Below, piece after piece: positions 11,088 to 25,830 of a stretch of 64,000 nucleotides of DNA. The stretch spans positions 3,038,001-3,102,000 of the forward strand of contig CM039004.1 in assembly GCA_017499595.2 (NCBI GenBank), given 5' to 3'. Source of the stretch: Psilocybe cubensis. Its lineage: Eukaryota. The notes under the pieces are model-generated. The model saw only the letters and a list, made by a program, of their open reading frames with translations. It searched no databases and had not been told where the DNA came from. The translations under genes were made by a program, and so were the position numbers. The first letter of the stretch is position 1. The number at the start of each line of letters is the position of its first letter.

Positions 11088-12765
11088 TCACATCTTTCTC
11101 AAACTCAGCCTTGACCTCGATCGTGATGGCTTGCTCGGAGTGGCCAGCACTCTCTCATCGTCATCCGACCCATTCATCTCCGCAACGCCATCTGGGTCCC
11201 TCGTTGGATTGAGGAACACGATATCCGGGGGTGAGCTAGCCATCATCCATTCCTCTTCACCGTCATCTTCCTCCGTGCCTTTTATAGGAGACTCAGGTAT
11301 CACAATAGGGAGGTCCTTCGATCTTTTGAAATTTAATGTTGACTGTCGCTGGCCAGCAGTGGACGGTGCTACCCGCGGCTTCACGGGCGAATCTTCAACC
11401 AGCGTAATCGCCGCTTTAGAGTTCGCCTTTGCCGGTTTAGCAGGCGTTTCTTCGACGAGAATGACCCCGAGATTTGCGCTGCTATTAACGGGCTTGATCT
11501 TGGCCTTTGGTGCCTCCGTCTTGACTGTCTTCACTTCCGCGTGTGCAGGCTGCGGCTTGGGCTTGGGCTTGAACACGCGCGACATGCTGATTTCGCGCGT
11601 GAATGCGGGTTTCTTTGCAGGTATGCTGCTTGCCCGCTCGCGCTCTTTTTGTTCTTGTGCAAGGGAGACGGAGAGTGAACGCGAGCGCGAGCGGGCAAGT
11701 ATGGATTTTGAGGTCGAGGGGGATGAAGTTTGGGATGTGGATGGAGCGCGAGATAGAGATCGAGGTGCGGGGGATGAGCTCTTACGCTTCTGAGGCTCGC
11801 TTTCGTCTTCGTCGTCGGAAAATGGAGAGCTAGGGAATACTTTGGAGCGGAGCAGGGTGCATAGGTCGGGCAGCTGGACTTTGAATCTGTGAAATGGATT
11901 AGATTACGATGATGTAGATATGTTGTAGCGTACGCTGGCTCCACTATATTTTCGAAAAAGGTTTGGATCCAGTCACGCTCCTCAGCTGGGCTCCTTGTCT
12001 GCTCGATTGTGCTGAGCAACTGCCACATTGAAAGCCTGTCCATGAAAGCCTCCAGGTGGTCACGCGTCATCATCGGCTGTTGTTCGTTGCGTTTTCTCTT
12101 CTTCGTTTTCTTCTCGGGTGGGGCTGGCCCAGGAAGGGATAATTTGTAGAAGAAGAGAAGGATTTGGATCTGAACTCTGGACAAAGCTGTAACCAAAGAG
12201 AGACTAACGACGGATGAACATAAGTCTCACTCTCTTCTTTCCATACGCTCCATATATCCCTGACGCCATACATCGTCTGTCCATGGTCCTTCGCTATGCT
12301 CGGAGTGGTCTCCCTTCTCGTGTGTAAGGGAGTACCACATCATCGTCTCCTCCATCTCTCCCGCGCCGCCCCCTTCTGAGAGTATCAACGGCAACTCAAC
12401 GTTATACTTATTGTCCACGTCGGGTGTTGTGAGCATAATTGGCTCTAACAACGCGTGCATTGGATGCACAGACGTGTCTGACGATGACGAAGGCACATTT
12501 ACTCGTCGTAATGATGGGATGAGAAGATTCAGAGGCATGATAGACTGTCACTGTGAATATCAGTATAATACATGGATGCAAAACTTGCTGAAATTACCTC
12601 TGGAAGCCATAGAAATTGTAGATATGTTCGTGCTACGAAATCGTCCAAGTTTTCATTCTGGGGCAAAAAAGGATACTCGGTTGATATGGATTTCTCTTGG
12701 TTTTGTGTCCAGTTGGCTATCTTCCTGTCATCCAATTGATATTCTGTTGCGAGAAGAGTAGCCAT
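11088..12765 (-). CDS. SLD3: Sld3/Treslin-like DNA replication regulator (multi-exon)
   Basis: Spliced ORFs give RTYLQFLWLPE, YMERMERRE/VQIQILLFFYKL, LEAFMDRLSMWQLL, RDWIQTFFENIVEP and an S/TP-rich C-terminus, recalled as the basidiomycete Sld3 domain. Confidence 0.72.
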
Positions 12766-13215
12766 AGTAGCTTTGCAGCAAATTTGGAGTTGGCATGCAA
12801 GGACACGGGAGGCAAAGTCCAGTACGGTAGAATTTCAACCGTGACGGGGACGGTTGAGATTTGAGTGAACAAAGGCGAGCCGGATTCCCGTCGGAGATTT
12901 AAATATTTAATTGGCAAAAGGCCTGCTGTTACCAAATACGGACAAAAAATAACCTCCTTTGGAGGCCGAAGAGACTTTTGAGAGCCAAAAACGATTAACA
13001 ATGACTGCTCGGCGCGAATTGGACACCAAAATCTCCCGGATTGGAAAATTCTGGGACCGGGCCGGAAGACAATGGTGGTGAAATGGTGGGAAATTGTCAC
13101 CACCATCACGTGACGTTGATTAACGCGTCGCAGGAGGCACGCCAAGCTTCTTCCAATAGTACATAAGATCGCTTTGCCGTTTTGATACGTCCCACATTTC
13201 AGTGTTAACTCCAGC

Positions 13216-16171
13216 ATGGCAAGCTCTACCCCACCTCCGTAAATCTCTATACATCTATAAGGATTACCTAACTGACTTCGATTTCTCAGAAATAAGAATC
13301 CAACTACGACTGCGAACGACAGCAAGCAAACGAAGAGGTGTGTCAGCTAAATGGGCCAGTCTGTTGGCTCAACAATGTCATGCTGAACATAGATTTAGGC
13401 CTCCTGAAACCCCTCGAAGTCATCGTAGCCATGGAGGAAAGGCTGGTGTTACTGCTCTGCGGCCTATCATCGCCGTCGAGATGGACAGGGAATTCATTAA
13501 GGTTCCAATTGACACGTTCATCAAGGCATACCTCCCTTTTGAACCTTGTAAAGCAACAATCGATCGAATCATAGAGTGCTTCCTCCCCGATTCTGGCTCC
13601 GGATCGCCCGTTGACGCAACAACATCTAGTGGAGAATGCGACAACCTCGACATCGATGAGCAACTTCAAATAGCTGTGGGCGATGGAGACTCTTTGATGC
13701 TTCGTCATGGTGGTCATTTAATGTTCAGAGCCTTTCATCGACCTCCAAGTACATCAGACGGGTCTGAAAAATTGATTTATGGGCCTTTACAAGACATCGC
13801 TCATCATATATCTTTGATCGATAATCTCATTCCTGGACGCGATCGCAACGAATATCACTATCGCTATGTATCTTCGAACATGATCAAGTCGGAAATAGAC
13901 GGATCCAACAACAAGATTGATGCATGCTTTATGCGAGGAGAAGAGTTTGCAAAGCCTTCCACACATAATATCGCCGTTGTTATAGAACAGAAACTTCTTC
14001 CAGAACAGAGAGGAGGGGTGAGTTTAAGTCCAGTGAACTTCAGTTTACATCATAATCATAATATCTTTTCAGAACAACCGACAAGCAGTCTCGGCTAATG
14101 TTCAAATTATGAACGACGACGTTCGTCGTATGTTCACATATGGGGTTTGTTTGTGTCATTTTACTACATATACTGCGGTACTCATATGTTGCAGATTACC
14201 ATTGAATCAGACCTCGTTACAGTGTGGTACCATTCTAGGTCTCACTCCGCGGTTTCTGAACAGTTCAGTTTAGTCAAAGTAAGTCCTATCAAATGTAAAT
14301 CCATAGCTCGTCTGTAAATTCATTTACTTTACAGCAACCGGAACTACTTCTCAAAGTATTTACTTCATTCTTATATGCCAGTAAAGAAGAGCTCGGATAT
14401 GACCCAGGAGTTGAGCACATTTCAAAAGGGCATTACGTTTTCCGTGGTATCCCCAACGTCAAAGATCGCAATGTTCTCGATACCTACAAAACTGTTGGTA
14501 CCATATCGGAGATTCGAGCCAACAACATCACAGGTCGCATGGCTCGAGTATTCAAAGCCGTCAAACTCAACCCGGCTACCGGGAGATATGGAACCAAGAA
14601 ATACGTGTTGAAAGATGTTTGGATCGACGAAACTGCCGAAACAGAAAGGGCACTCCAAGATGCAATCTTTGGCGATATCGAAAAATTCTGGTCTACTAGG
14701 AAGACCCCCCAAGCGTTAGAATTGATTAAGGAGCGCCATAGGAATCTCGTAGCCTCCAAAGGTTACAAGAAATATTTTCTTACCATTGAAAACGACTACG
14801 AGGGGGCTTTGACCAAGCCCCTTGCGGAGGGCTTTCAGTCGATCAGAGGGCTTCTTTCAGGTCCACCTCTGGACGACGAAAAGATTGAAACCTCCGCAAG
14901 TCATGCGCGACTCGCCCTTCATACCCAGTTGATGGGTCATACTATTCCTGAAAGCACGGCCTACGACCAGTTTTCCCGCATCGACTTCGAACGAAAATAT
15001 GCTCGCAAGAAACAATATCGATTAGTGTTCAGCGAGCTGTGTACCACCGTTGGGCATCTCGAAACTTTGGGAGAGGTGATCGATGTTTTGTTTCAGGCCC
15101 TAATTCGTAAGTTCTGTTCGTTTTTTTGATTCGTGGTCTTTACACTCATTATGACCTTAGCACTTGAAATGATGCTTTGTGCCGGTTGGGTTCATCGAGA
15201 TATCAGTTCGGGTAATATAATGGCTTATAGAAAGAATCTCGACGATGCGAAACAACCATGGCGCGTAGTATTGGCCGATCTTGAATATGCGAAGAAGTAC
15301 CCGCCTCCCGAGGAGCTGTCGGGCTCTTCTGATCCCAAAACAGTACGCCATATTTTTTAACACTGAGAACACTTTTCAATTAATGTTTGGCTGTAAATAG
15401 GGCACCCCTTTCTTTATGCCTATTGAGGTCATGATGCAACGCAGTCTCTTTGACCATAATCAAGAAAAAGTAACTCGGAGTGTCGCTATAAAATCGGACG
15501 CCGGGAATTCCCAACCTGAGGGCGCCTCTCTTAGCCTTCAACCGGCCGACAGTGATGACGATGATGATGACTACGTGCGATTCAAGGAGGACACACTGTC
15601 TGCCCCTAAAAACAGGGCTGCTGCCCCTTGGGAGGGAATTGTGCATAACTTCCAACACGATTGGGAATCGATCTGGTGGCTTATTCTCTGGACCATCACC
15701 TCTCGTGTCGTTGATGCATCTGAAGATGCGAAGTCATATGCACGGAAAATATTTCAAAACAGCATCAAGGCTTCTTCGCAAAGACAGAAGGCATTTATGG
15801 AGCCAATCCGACCGGATCTGGAAAAATGTCTGGGTCCTCTGTCAAATTACTTCGCAGAAACAATGGAATATATGCGAGGGGCAATGTATAGGCGATACGT
15901 CCTCCGTGAACTCCGGGGTCAGCTTAAGGATGTATCCTCCTTTGCCCGTGTCTCGCTTTCTTTTAGATCGTTTTTCGGTGATCTACAAGAACATACAGAG
16001 AAATGGTCCTCCACTAAATTGAACATGAAGAACCCTTATATCGAACCCGCGGAGCGCAAACGGCCTCTTCCTGACGACGAGGAAGGTGGGCAGAACGCCA
16101 ACGCCAAAGGGTCTAAACCGAGATATGCCAGCATGAAGGGGTCCAGGAAAGGCCAGAGATCTACCAAGTAA
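13216..16171 (+). CDS. FunK1 fungal-type protein kinase (multi-exon)
   Basis: YVLKDVW, GWVHRDISSGNIM, LADLEYAK, GTPFFMPIEV and HNFQHDWESIWW motifs with short GT-AG introns. The start at 13216 is inferred from two small upstream exons. Confidence 0.9.
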
Positions 16172-19100
16172 TCCATTTTTCGATCTTAATTTACAGCCTC
16201 GGTGTATCATTGCATAGCTTCCCCTTTTTGTATACCATCATCATGTTATCTATAGTTTTATATTCTATGTCTTGTAGCATTCCCTCATCGAGTTTTGAAA
16301 TGCACTTCCTGCTGTTGATGTATAACTAAGCGACAATGTTATAAGGACATTGTGATACTTGACTTGCCTATCATAGTAGTGGCATCTAGTATTGAAGATA
16401 GTCTCATTTCGAATTGATGGGTCAGGAATGTGTGAACACAAGATCCCTTGTACGAAGTATGTAACTGGTGGGGCAGTACCTAGCGCGGCTGCTCAGGGAA
16501 AAGGTGGTTAATTGAATCTAATGTATCTTTAATTTGTTATATTCTACCTTTTCGACCTTCCAAGTGTATTAAATCAAAATGATATCAACATGATTCATAC
16601 GTTCAAGACGGTACAGGAGACTGTCGGGCCCACAGTCATATTCACTCGATAACAGAACTGTGTCATTATTGGGTAAGAGATGTATCGTTGAATTAGTCGA
16701 TAGATATAGGCGTCATAACGTTAATAGATAATGCTCTCCTCTGATGAACCGATTTTTGATGCCAATATTGATCCTGCTGCTGGACCCAAATCTCCGCACT
16801 GAGATATGTTCGCCTCAATGAGGATCTTTAACATGAGGAAGTGACTTCCTGCAAGCGACAACAGATGAATTGGTCGACACATACATACGGCCTCTTACAA
16901 CCTCCATATGCTACGGTGTCGTCGGGGCGCATCGCACCTTATCGTCATATTAACCTCAGTCTGTGGAAAAGGAGCTCAGTACGATTTTTATTCCCCCTAT
17001 ATACGTGACGAACCACTAGCCCGTGCTGATCCATTAATACCACAAAATACCTTGAACGTACATACAAATATCTAACTCTTCAATTTAAGGGCAGGCGACT
17101 TTACCTACACAAGTAACAATGATAGTATCGATAGCAAGAGGCTTACAAGAACGTATTTCCATCTCTAGCCTCTAGGAGTCTTGAAGAGCTAAATTGCGGG
17201 ACTGCGTAGTTAGCAATAGACGATTTAGGACAAATCGACGTACGTCATTTATCAATAGACAGTCCTAACCATAGATGAGGAGCAAATCTGTAGGACATCA
17301 GTTTTAATGGATGAAAGATCAGAATCAGGCCGAGAAGCGTACCAATTTCAATGTGGTAACAGAAACTGGGGGAAGGCATCGCAAAGACACCAAAAAGAAA
17401 GATCCAAAAATTCGTCAAACAGCTGGGCACGCATTCGTGAGTCCTCAGAGATATCCCACGACACTCTCGAAGCGAACTTCCCCCGCCGAAGAGCTTAACG
17501 CCCGTATCTTCACCCGACCCTAGCTCCTACGTTCCACCCCATGTTCATTACAACTGTGGGGCGTCACACCACCTCCGCTTAGCCTCTCATAGAACAGATA
17601 TATCGCACGCAAAGAAGGCATATGGAGCCATGAACGAACACATGTTACACCCATTCTGTATGCCCCTCCTGTACGAGGTAACTCTCGCCACGCAGCATCA
17701 ACCCAGCACTACCAAGCCCAATTGTTCTTGTGCGGGCGAATGTCCGAGGTCATGACGGAATCAACTCAACGTTCCTGAACACCCTCGACACGTCAAATGA
17801 TGTTTTCAGATGTAGAAGACAGTCAAAGCCCATAATGCAGTTGTTCCAAATGATATGGTACCCAGCACACTCAAGAACGAGTCTTTGATATACCTCCCGA
17901 AGGACATATATCTGTGAGAAGGGAAACATAACAAGAACAACCTGCACCAAGGGAGATCGCCAACTACACAAGAATTACACCGGCCTCGACGTGTTTCATC
18001 GGATACAAAGAGGTGAGGATGTCAGTCGGACACGCAACAGGACATCGCGTAGAATATCGGAACAAGGCATGCTAGATAGATTTTGCGTGGGTCTTTGAAC
18101 GGGGCGAATGGATTGTGAATGCGTCGGTGGACATCCATGTGGCACAAGCCAAGTTTGGGATGATTTCTGCCGAAAAGCCGCGTAGAGGTGAGGATAGAGT
18201 TACTGCTGCAAGCGTGCTCCTACGGTCGACCTTTTTGAAGAAAAGGTTCGATGGTTGGGGGCGCATGGGTATCGCCAAGGCAAATGACGTAAATCCCCTG
18301 TTTGGTGTGCCAGGACCACCATTGGCCTCAAGCATCATAGGGACTGGGACTGCCGCTTTTCTGTATATTTCTCATCGATGTCGGAGACGCTTTACCGAGT
18401 TCCCAAAACGAATAACCCACGAAGCCATAAGCCTTTCACTACGCACGCCGGCGCTTACGGACTTCTCCAGTCATGCGTGCTAGCGCTACTGTAGTCCACG
18501 GTGAGTGAAACCTTCACCGGGGTTTGAGCATTGCTGCCCAGCGAAAGAGCCAAAAGGCCCGAACCACTAATCTTTCCGTGCGGAAACCCGTGTATTCGAA
18601 TGTGCGTATGTGCGATGGTCTGGTGGAAGTGTGTAAAACGTAAGAGCGGGTGGCTTGAGTGACGTTGGGCAAGATTGATCTCAGAAAGAGATCTGCACGA
18701 AGCCCAAGTGACACGAACGCTGCGAGACTGTGCGTGCACTCCTCGAGAATCTCCACTCCCAAGGTCCCGCGACGCCTCTCTGGTGCTCCATCCGCAATTC
18801 TAAGTGTCAGATGCGTTGAGTCCCTCGTTTTTCCGGTGTCGCCTTCCCAAGTTCACGCAGAGGAATGTCAACAACATCGTTAAATGCGGTAATGCACCCT
18901 GTGCGGGTAATGCAGAAACATTCATACGCGGCTGGGGTCCCGAGGCAGCACAGACGGGGACTTGTACGGGGCATAAGATTGCTTAAAAGGGTGCATTCGG
19001 ATTGAAACACGTTCCGAAGAAGCGATGAAAGGAGAGAGAACTGTCATAGGAAAGGAAAGGCTCCCGTCATGCGTCCACGTCCACCACCTACTATGCCCTA

Positions 19101-21206
19101 CACACCACCTGCGGTTGTCACTCTTTAACCGTCAGGATACCGCGCTGCACACCGAAAGAGTCGTAGATGAAAGAATGTGGCCCATGGAATTTAGGGTTAG
19201 GTGCCACTTCGGGTTAGAAAGTGGATCATATTGGTCAAGGTGGGTTCGTTCGAGAGGTATATTGCGCTCGATCAAAGAAAAGAAGTTCGGAGCAGTGAAA
19301 AGACAGCCATTCTTCGTTTGTGAAAACTCGAGTTGGGTTCATGGTGGTTGTATGTTGAGTTGCGGAGACTCAAACTACGCGTATATAAACATCCCACGGT
19401 AGAAACGTGACCGCGTCTGAGAAGACCCAAAGCCGGTCAAAGTTCCTTTGAAGATACTTAACACTTCATAAGTTCAACAAATAAGACTGGTGAAATATGT
19501 AAGAAGAGTTACTTTGTTAAATTATGATTTGAGCAGTATACCTTCACTGACTTTAGATAATTTTAGACTGTAATTATACTGCAGAAGTATAAGATCACTT
19601 GAATATCACGGACCTCAAGCTTACAAGTACTGTAAGCTTCTCTGTATATTTTTTGTGTGATATATTGGTAAAAAAGTTTTATAAAAGAAGCCCAAGGAAT
19701 GGTTGCCCTTGTATGCAGACATCGATGGCATCTGCCGAGTATTTTACGCTCCGATTAAATTTAGTGTAAGCAACACTGTCATACAAACGCTCTTTTCAAA
19801 CTTGTTCCTTTCCTTTTCACTTTACTCGACGAGGAGGGGCGCAGTTGAACTCGTTGAGAGAAAAGGATTTCCCCAAAAATCATTATTCACCTTGCATCAA
19901 ATTCCTGGCAGATAATGCTTGTCTTCACTTGACGTGAAAGCACCTTAACTTTCAGGTTCTGCTCTAATTTATGATACCTAATATACTGACTCGAGGTATA
20001 CTCGATTTTCTTTTGTCTCTTGTCTCCTTTTTGTTCGCAGGAGATTTCGTGCTTTCTCCATTTCTCTGCATCCGAAACTCGCTTGAATTTTTTGCTCTCA
20101 CCCTCCTCACCCTCTTCCTTTTTACCAGTGTTTGGTACAGCCACATTGGGGCTCTCGTTTCAGCTTCCCGCGTGTTTTCTACCCAAACGCTCAGGCCTTT
20201 GGCGGCCCAATTCCTATCCAAAGTAGTCCAATCTCGTCGCGTGTGCATTGCGTCTCTTCCCTCAGTCGATCACGTGACTTTCTTGTTTTCTGTCACTTTA
20301 ATTCGACTCACCGCCAAAGCCTTACGCACCCACGGAAATTTTGTCACCACGTATTTTCTGACTCTTACAATTTCAGATCTCTCAATTTTTCTCACTTTCA
20401 TAATTTTCATATACTCATTTCTCATTTCATTTTACAGAAATCCGTTCGAACGCTATTAGCTTATCCAGGGTCGACCACATTCGATAGACATTCAATATTC
20501 AGGCGTCAAGCTTCAACTTTTGTGGCACCTCACAATCACAATCCAGTTATCAACATGTCGACAATGGTTTCTATAGAAAGTCCGTCCAGCCACATTGCCA
20601 CAGTCCTAAATGCCTGTCTTCAATCTAAATCACCCACGCCGGTGCCTGCAGCTAGTTAACTCATCGTCGTTCAAAGGCTTTCAAAGGTCCTATTCGTAAT
20701 AACAGCGCTAATATAATACCATTTAACCTCATTTGACCCTGGTTTTGCATAGGAATTAATTTGCCAAGTAGCCGCTGATCCCGGTTGACTTAAGCGCCAA
20801 GAGAGGCGGTAATTCCTTGGCCCGATCTAAGGAATTTTGTTTACTCGTCCGACATGCACTCGATTTTTTCAAAAACTCTTTTTTAAACATACAGCCGATT
20901 CAAATGATCTCGTGTGAGTGAGATCAGTATGCATTAATCAAGCAGAAAATATTTGCAACTTGTTCAAAGTTGTACACAACCTTGCACATAAGTACACAGC
21001 CAACAATTGTTAGTGATCTATCAAATGGACTTGGCAGCGGCGAGGGTCCAATAGGTTGCGGTCGTCATCTAGGTTTATTATACAATGAACCGAACGTCTC
21101 TTTGACTCTTACCACGACCTTTCCTCATACCCGCGGCCCTTTCTTATTGCTTTAATTCAGGCAAAGCGTCTAGCAATAATCTCTCTGGAAACCTATACCA
21201 CTCAGG

Positions 21207-21759
21207 ATGATGTTCAACGTACTATCAGTATTCTCCTTTTTGCTCTTGTTGCCTTGTAAGTTATTTCATTACATTCATCCTTGTGTTCTCGGATTCACAC
21301 ACACTTTGCTAGCTATTCTCGCGCAAGAGCAGGGCCCCATTTTTGTACCATTCGGATGGAATAAGGTTCCAGCGACTGCCCGCGTCATCGCATCTTCAGC
21401 GGGAACCACGACCTATGGATTGATTGACGGAGGTTTCGCCCCTGGTCCAGGTACGTCTTTCATCGATTATACTCACATTCAATGCTAAGCCTCTTGCATC
21501 TTCAGCGACCCTTGTACAAACAGCTACCACTGCTGCATCAATGTTCTATGTTAATTCTGCACCAGCAACTCCTACCACACTCTCGGGAGTGTGCAATCTC
21601 GCTAGCCCCATTGCCATGTGCACCCTGAACGTGTTTGAGAGTGGGACATCGAGGCCTGGAAATACCTCAGGCGGTTCCGTTGGTACTTCCACTGGTACTG
21701 TCCTTACCATGACAACCCTCGCCCTTGGATTCTGCCTTGGACTCGCCTTCCTTAGATGA
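21207..21759 (+). CDS. Small secreted Ser/Thr-rich protein, possibly GPI-anchored (3 exons)
   Basis: Hydrophobic N-terminus MMFNVLSVFSFLLLL; introns starting GTAAGT (~21256) and GTACGT (~21451); two Cys; S/T/G-rich linker; hydrophobic C-terminal tail LALGFCLGLAFLR. Confidence 0.6.
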
Positions 21760-22204
21760 GAAATCATACCTCCAGTTTATACCTTTAAGGCTGTCAATTT
21801 TTTCAATCTTGTAATTTAGTGCTTTCCATAATCCAGACTTTTGTCGATGGAAAGTTGACGGAATGTGTTCAAGAATCGTATTATGCATTTGAATTATGAT
21901 GTATTTGACCTACAAAGCCCTTCATTTCCAAAGTGAAATAGAGTTTTGGAGCGAAACCGTTTTGCGTCTCTGCCGGCCGTCTCGGCAATGCTTATCTTAG
22001 AACTTCAACTTTAGAAAAGAGTCACAAATTCCTCGCAATGGCCCTGACGGGCAGGCCTGGACTCTGGGCTTTGCTAAGGCAATAATACCAATACCAATAC
22101 TATCATTGACCAGATGTTTGGTTTGACCGTTGATTTATTTTAATGGCTTATTTTCATTTCTAGCTGCTACCGACAAGACAGCTTCAGGCTCCGGGAAACT
22201 TTCC

Positions 22205-23565
22205 TAAGAGCTTGTCTGGAATTTTGCCAATTTTGGCCCTCAAATCTGCAAAACCAAACAGACCTAAACTATCCCTTGCCAATATTACTTCTCCAACACA
22301 ACTTCGCCTTGCACTGCGTTTTTTTTTTAAAAACATGCTTTATCTTAACTTCTTTTTGTAAGACTAGAGTAGTGCTGCCGCCACAGGACAGGACTGCACT
22401 GTGATTTTTCACACTCCGATATACTGCACAGCGTACCACAGTCACTGTGAAGGCTGTGCACAGTGTGCCGTAAATTTATGTTATTTTGTCAAGCCATGGT
22501 TACGAGGACATTTATGCAATTCCTGCCCTTTCTTTCTGTTCAACATTATGATTTAGTATGGCCTTAAAATGAAGGACTATTACAATTGGAAACAAAAATT
22601 CTCTTCTAGGTTACTTTTTAAGTAACCTACACAAGCTTGATAAAAGCTTAAATAGATTTTTGTCCTCAAAAATGTGCAATTTCGATAAAACTTTCTGCAA
22701 TCGGAAAGAAACATCTCAGTCTGGGTGGCAAGAATACAATATTATACTTAAAAGTGAATAAAAACATGTAGCAATGTGTCTATGCTTTCACAATGAGACT
22801 TGAGAGTGTTGCTTAGGTGTTACGAAATGGTTTTATTTATTAAGTACAAACACTGGTTTTTGTATCTAATCTTATCTGCAGAGTATATCTAATCTTATCA
22901 CACTTTCTACTAGAATCTCATAATCTTGTTTGGATCTTGTCGGATCCATTACATGATAACAGTTTTTCTTCTACACTTATGGGTTGGTCACTGTCTAACA
23001 AGGGGATATAATGTTCAGAAATAAATTCTGAATTGTAGGTAATAAAACATCAGACAATAGTACTGGACATAGCCATCTTCTGTAACAAACGCTATGTATG
23101 TGGGCAAGGAACTGCGTGATTATGTGTGACGTCATTGGTCACTTCACAGTACTTCACAGTAAACTGTGATAACTGTGAAGCGTGTCACACTGCTAAAAAT
23201 TATGCTGCACTGTCACTGCACTGCACTGTGGTGACAGCACTTGGCTAGAGCAATCTAGGCCAGTTGAGACATGTCCGAATTTTCTTTTTTGTACAATATG
23301 CTAACATTCTAAACCTGAACTTACGAGTCCAGGCATTTGGGCATATTTAATGGATTTTGTATTTTATTTTTTCTATTTAAACTGAATTTTAGAATGTACA
23401 AATATTCTTTAATACTGGAAAATGTCCTAATAATTTGCAGTTTTAGTATCAAATCCATCAGATCCAGACAATGGTTAGCCTGCAATGCTATCAAATCCAT
23501 AAAAAATGGAAAATAAAATGCCAAATTTTTGGCCTAAAATCTTTCAGAATCCGGACAAGCCTCTA
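22205..23565. mobile_element. Degenerate TIR DNA-transposon relic hosting the nested element below
   Basis: Left end TAAGAGCTTGTCTGGAATTTTG is an imperfect inverted repeat of the right end (reverse complement TAGAGGCTTGTCCGGATTCTG). A related end occurs at ~47165. No clear TSD. Confidence 0.5.
22370..23242. mobile_element. Non-autonomous hAT-like element (MITE-type)
   Basis: TIRs TAGTGCTGCCGCCACAG and CTGTGGTGACAGCACTT with ~100 bp of imperfect subterminal inverted CACAG/CTGTG repeats; 8-bp TSD GACTAGAG / GGCTAGAG (1 mismatch). Confidence 0.72.
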
Positions 23566-25185
23566 AGAGAGCTTCTTAGGGCTTATGGCTTTTTATAGCC
23601 AAGATAATATATTTTTGTAAGACTTCTCCTTAAGCACGCAACATCACTTAATATATTTGTATGTGAAACACAATGCACCAACGTGCTACTTTTTTTCTTT
23701 GTTTTTAATTGTATTGTTTGCATTGCAAAATAATCAATTTTTAATACTTATTTGTTTTTGCTTGTTTCTGTATTATTTCTGGTCAAAAAGAAAAAAAAAG
23801 TAAAATTATGTATATGTATAATTTATATACTAAAGATTATATTTCAGCATCATAACCAAATTTGTGATCCATATATTTAATATATAATATTTTCCAAACA
23901 AATTCTGCGGTTGACTGCAATTTGTGCCACTCTACCAAAAGAGGTCGATTCTATAAAAAATAAATATTTATTAATAGGACATATAAAAGTATAATAAATT
24001 TCGTACCATTGTTTCCCGTTCAAACTGGTTCATACAAATATGGATAGTGGTCATGTGCTTGTAAATATCCTCGGAATCCTTGATATTGAAAAACTCCAAA
24101 AATTTCTTCCAGTCTGTTTTGTCGATGAAACGGGATACAAGTGCAACATATACCACATACTTGCTGCTTAGAATTGGTTCTAGCAAGTAATATGCTGCCA
24201 CAAAACTAATAGAGCTAACAGAAACAACAAATACGTCGTTTGTTGGCCAGTAAATGTCGTTGGTAATTGGTTCAATACAATAACCTTCAATCAGCTCTGA
24301 ATTAGCATCCTAAAATAGCAAAAATAAATATAAAAATATTAGTATATAGTGTAAAATGACTTACTAAAGCATATATAGCATATTCTTTATAACCAAATTC
24401 TACAAATTCCTGGACAATTGTGCCGTATCCAGGAAATCTATCAGATCCATAAGGAAATACAGAAAATATTGCTTCTTTAGCATGACATGTAATACATACG
24501 CTAAAATTGCGTAAAGTATAATGCCATGGGTCAATAAGACATTTATGCTGATATCGCCTCCATTTGATCTGGTTGTTCCAGACACCTAAAGTGTCAAGCT
24601 CAGTCCAACGTTGGTTGATTGGAACATATTTCATAATGAAGGCAGTTTCGATTTCGGCATTGATGTCTTTTAATAGATAGCCAAAAGATTCTAAATGAAT
24701 TAGATTTAAGTATAATATGTTTAGATATAAATAATATAATTGCTTACTTGATATTATATCAAATGGCGGAAGAAGTTCCGAATATTGATTCAAATTGAGA
24801 AAGTCCATAATGACAAGAAGGACTAATAAACGACAAACACGATTTGAATGTGATGCAATAAAACTTTGTTATTGCAATTTACGCTTTAAATAGGACAAGC
24901 TCAAGAGTAGATTACTAATATAATATAACAAAATGGCGCCATTTTCTCACTGTTTAATAAAATGGTGTCATTTTTTCACCATTTAATAAAATGACTAATT
25001 TTCAATGCATTTGTTGCTATACAATTAGTGCAATTAGTAATATGCCGATGTCATTTGAATACTTCTATTAATATATCACTATAGTATTGATACTATTATC
25101 AAATCTATCATCATCAATATCACTGTTGCTATGTTACTAATACTGTTTTAGTTTTCTTTAATTGCTTCCATTACTATAGTCCTGT

Positions 25186-25282
25186 ACTATCAACGCCACT
25201 GCCATTGCATTAATACAATATACTGTGTTATCAACGCCACTATCATTGTATTAATACAATATGTGCTATCAACGCCACTGTC
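25186..25282. repeat. Tandem ~40-bp repeat, 3 copies
   Basis: TATCAACGCCACTNNCATTGYATTAATACAATAT occurs three times. Confidence 0.8.
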
Positions 25283-25672
25283 ATTGTATTAATACAATAT
25301 ATTGCTTTAGGTTACATCACACTATTGCCAAATTAGTATACATTATGCAGGGTTACGGAAATTAAAATGCTAGACACCGGCTAGATAGGTATGTTGGCCG
25401 CTAGACCACAAAAAAACAATTTAAATGCAGTTAGATTCTAAATGATGATGAAACAACTTTTGTATACTTGTTTCAAAAACATGCTAATTCCGTAGAAGTT
25501 GGACCGTATATTTGATAGATTTGATAAAAATCAATCATATAAATAGAACGTACATATAATAGAATTGACTGCTAACATTAGTTATATATATATATATACT
25601 TGTTCTATTCCATTTGAGTTAGTGCATAACCAATATCAAGAGAAACTTACTAATTTAGTATTATACATTTTT

Positions 25673-25830
25673 ATACGTAAAGCCAGTGCTATATTGAATG
25701 AGTAAGAAATACACGTAAGGACACGTAAGTCTGTGCTGTATTGAATGAATAGTAAGTACACGTAAAGCTAGGGCTGTATCAAATGATTAATAAATATACG
25801 TAAAGCTGGAACTGTATTGAATGAGTAATA
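25673..25830. repeat. Degenerate ~41-bp tandem repeat, about 4 copies
   Basis: Recurring TACGTAAAGC...TGTATTGAATGAGTAA units. Confidence 0.65.

Noticed and set aside
11131-11793. 220-aa + strand ORF
   Set aside because: Antisense shadow of the Sld3-like C-terminal exon.
17245-20660. Numerous overlapping short ORFs
   Set aside because: No recognisable domains or consistent splice pattern; probably decayed TE or intergenic DNA.
25186-25830. CRISPR-like array
   Set aside because: Eukaryotic context; the repeats are tandem without unique spacers; no cas genes.
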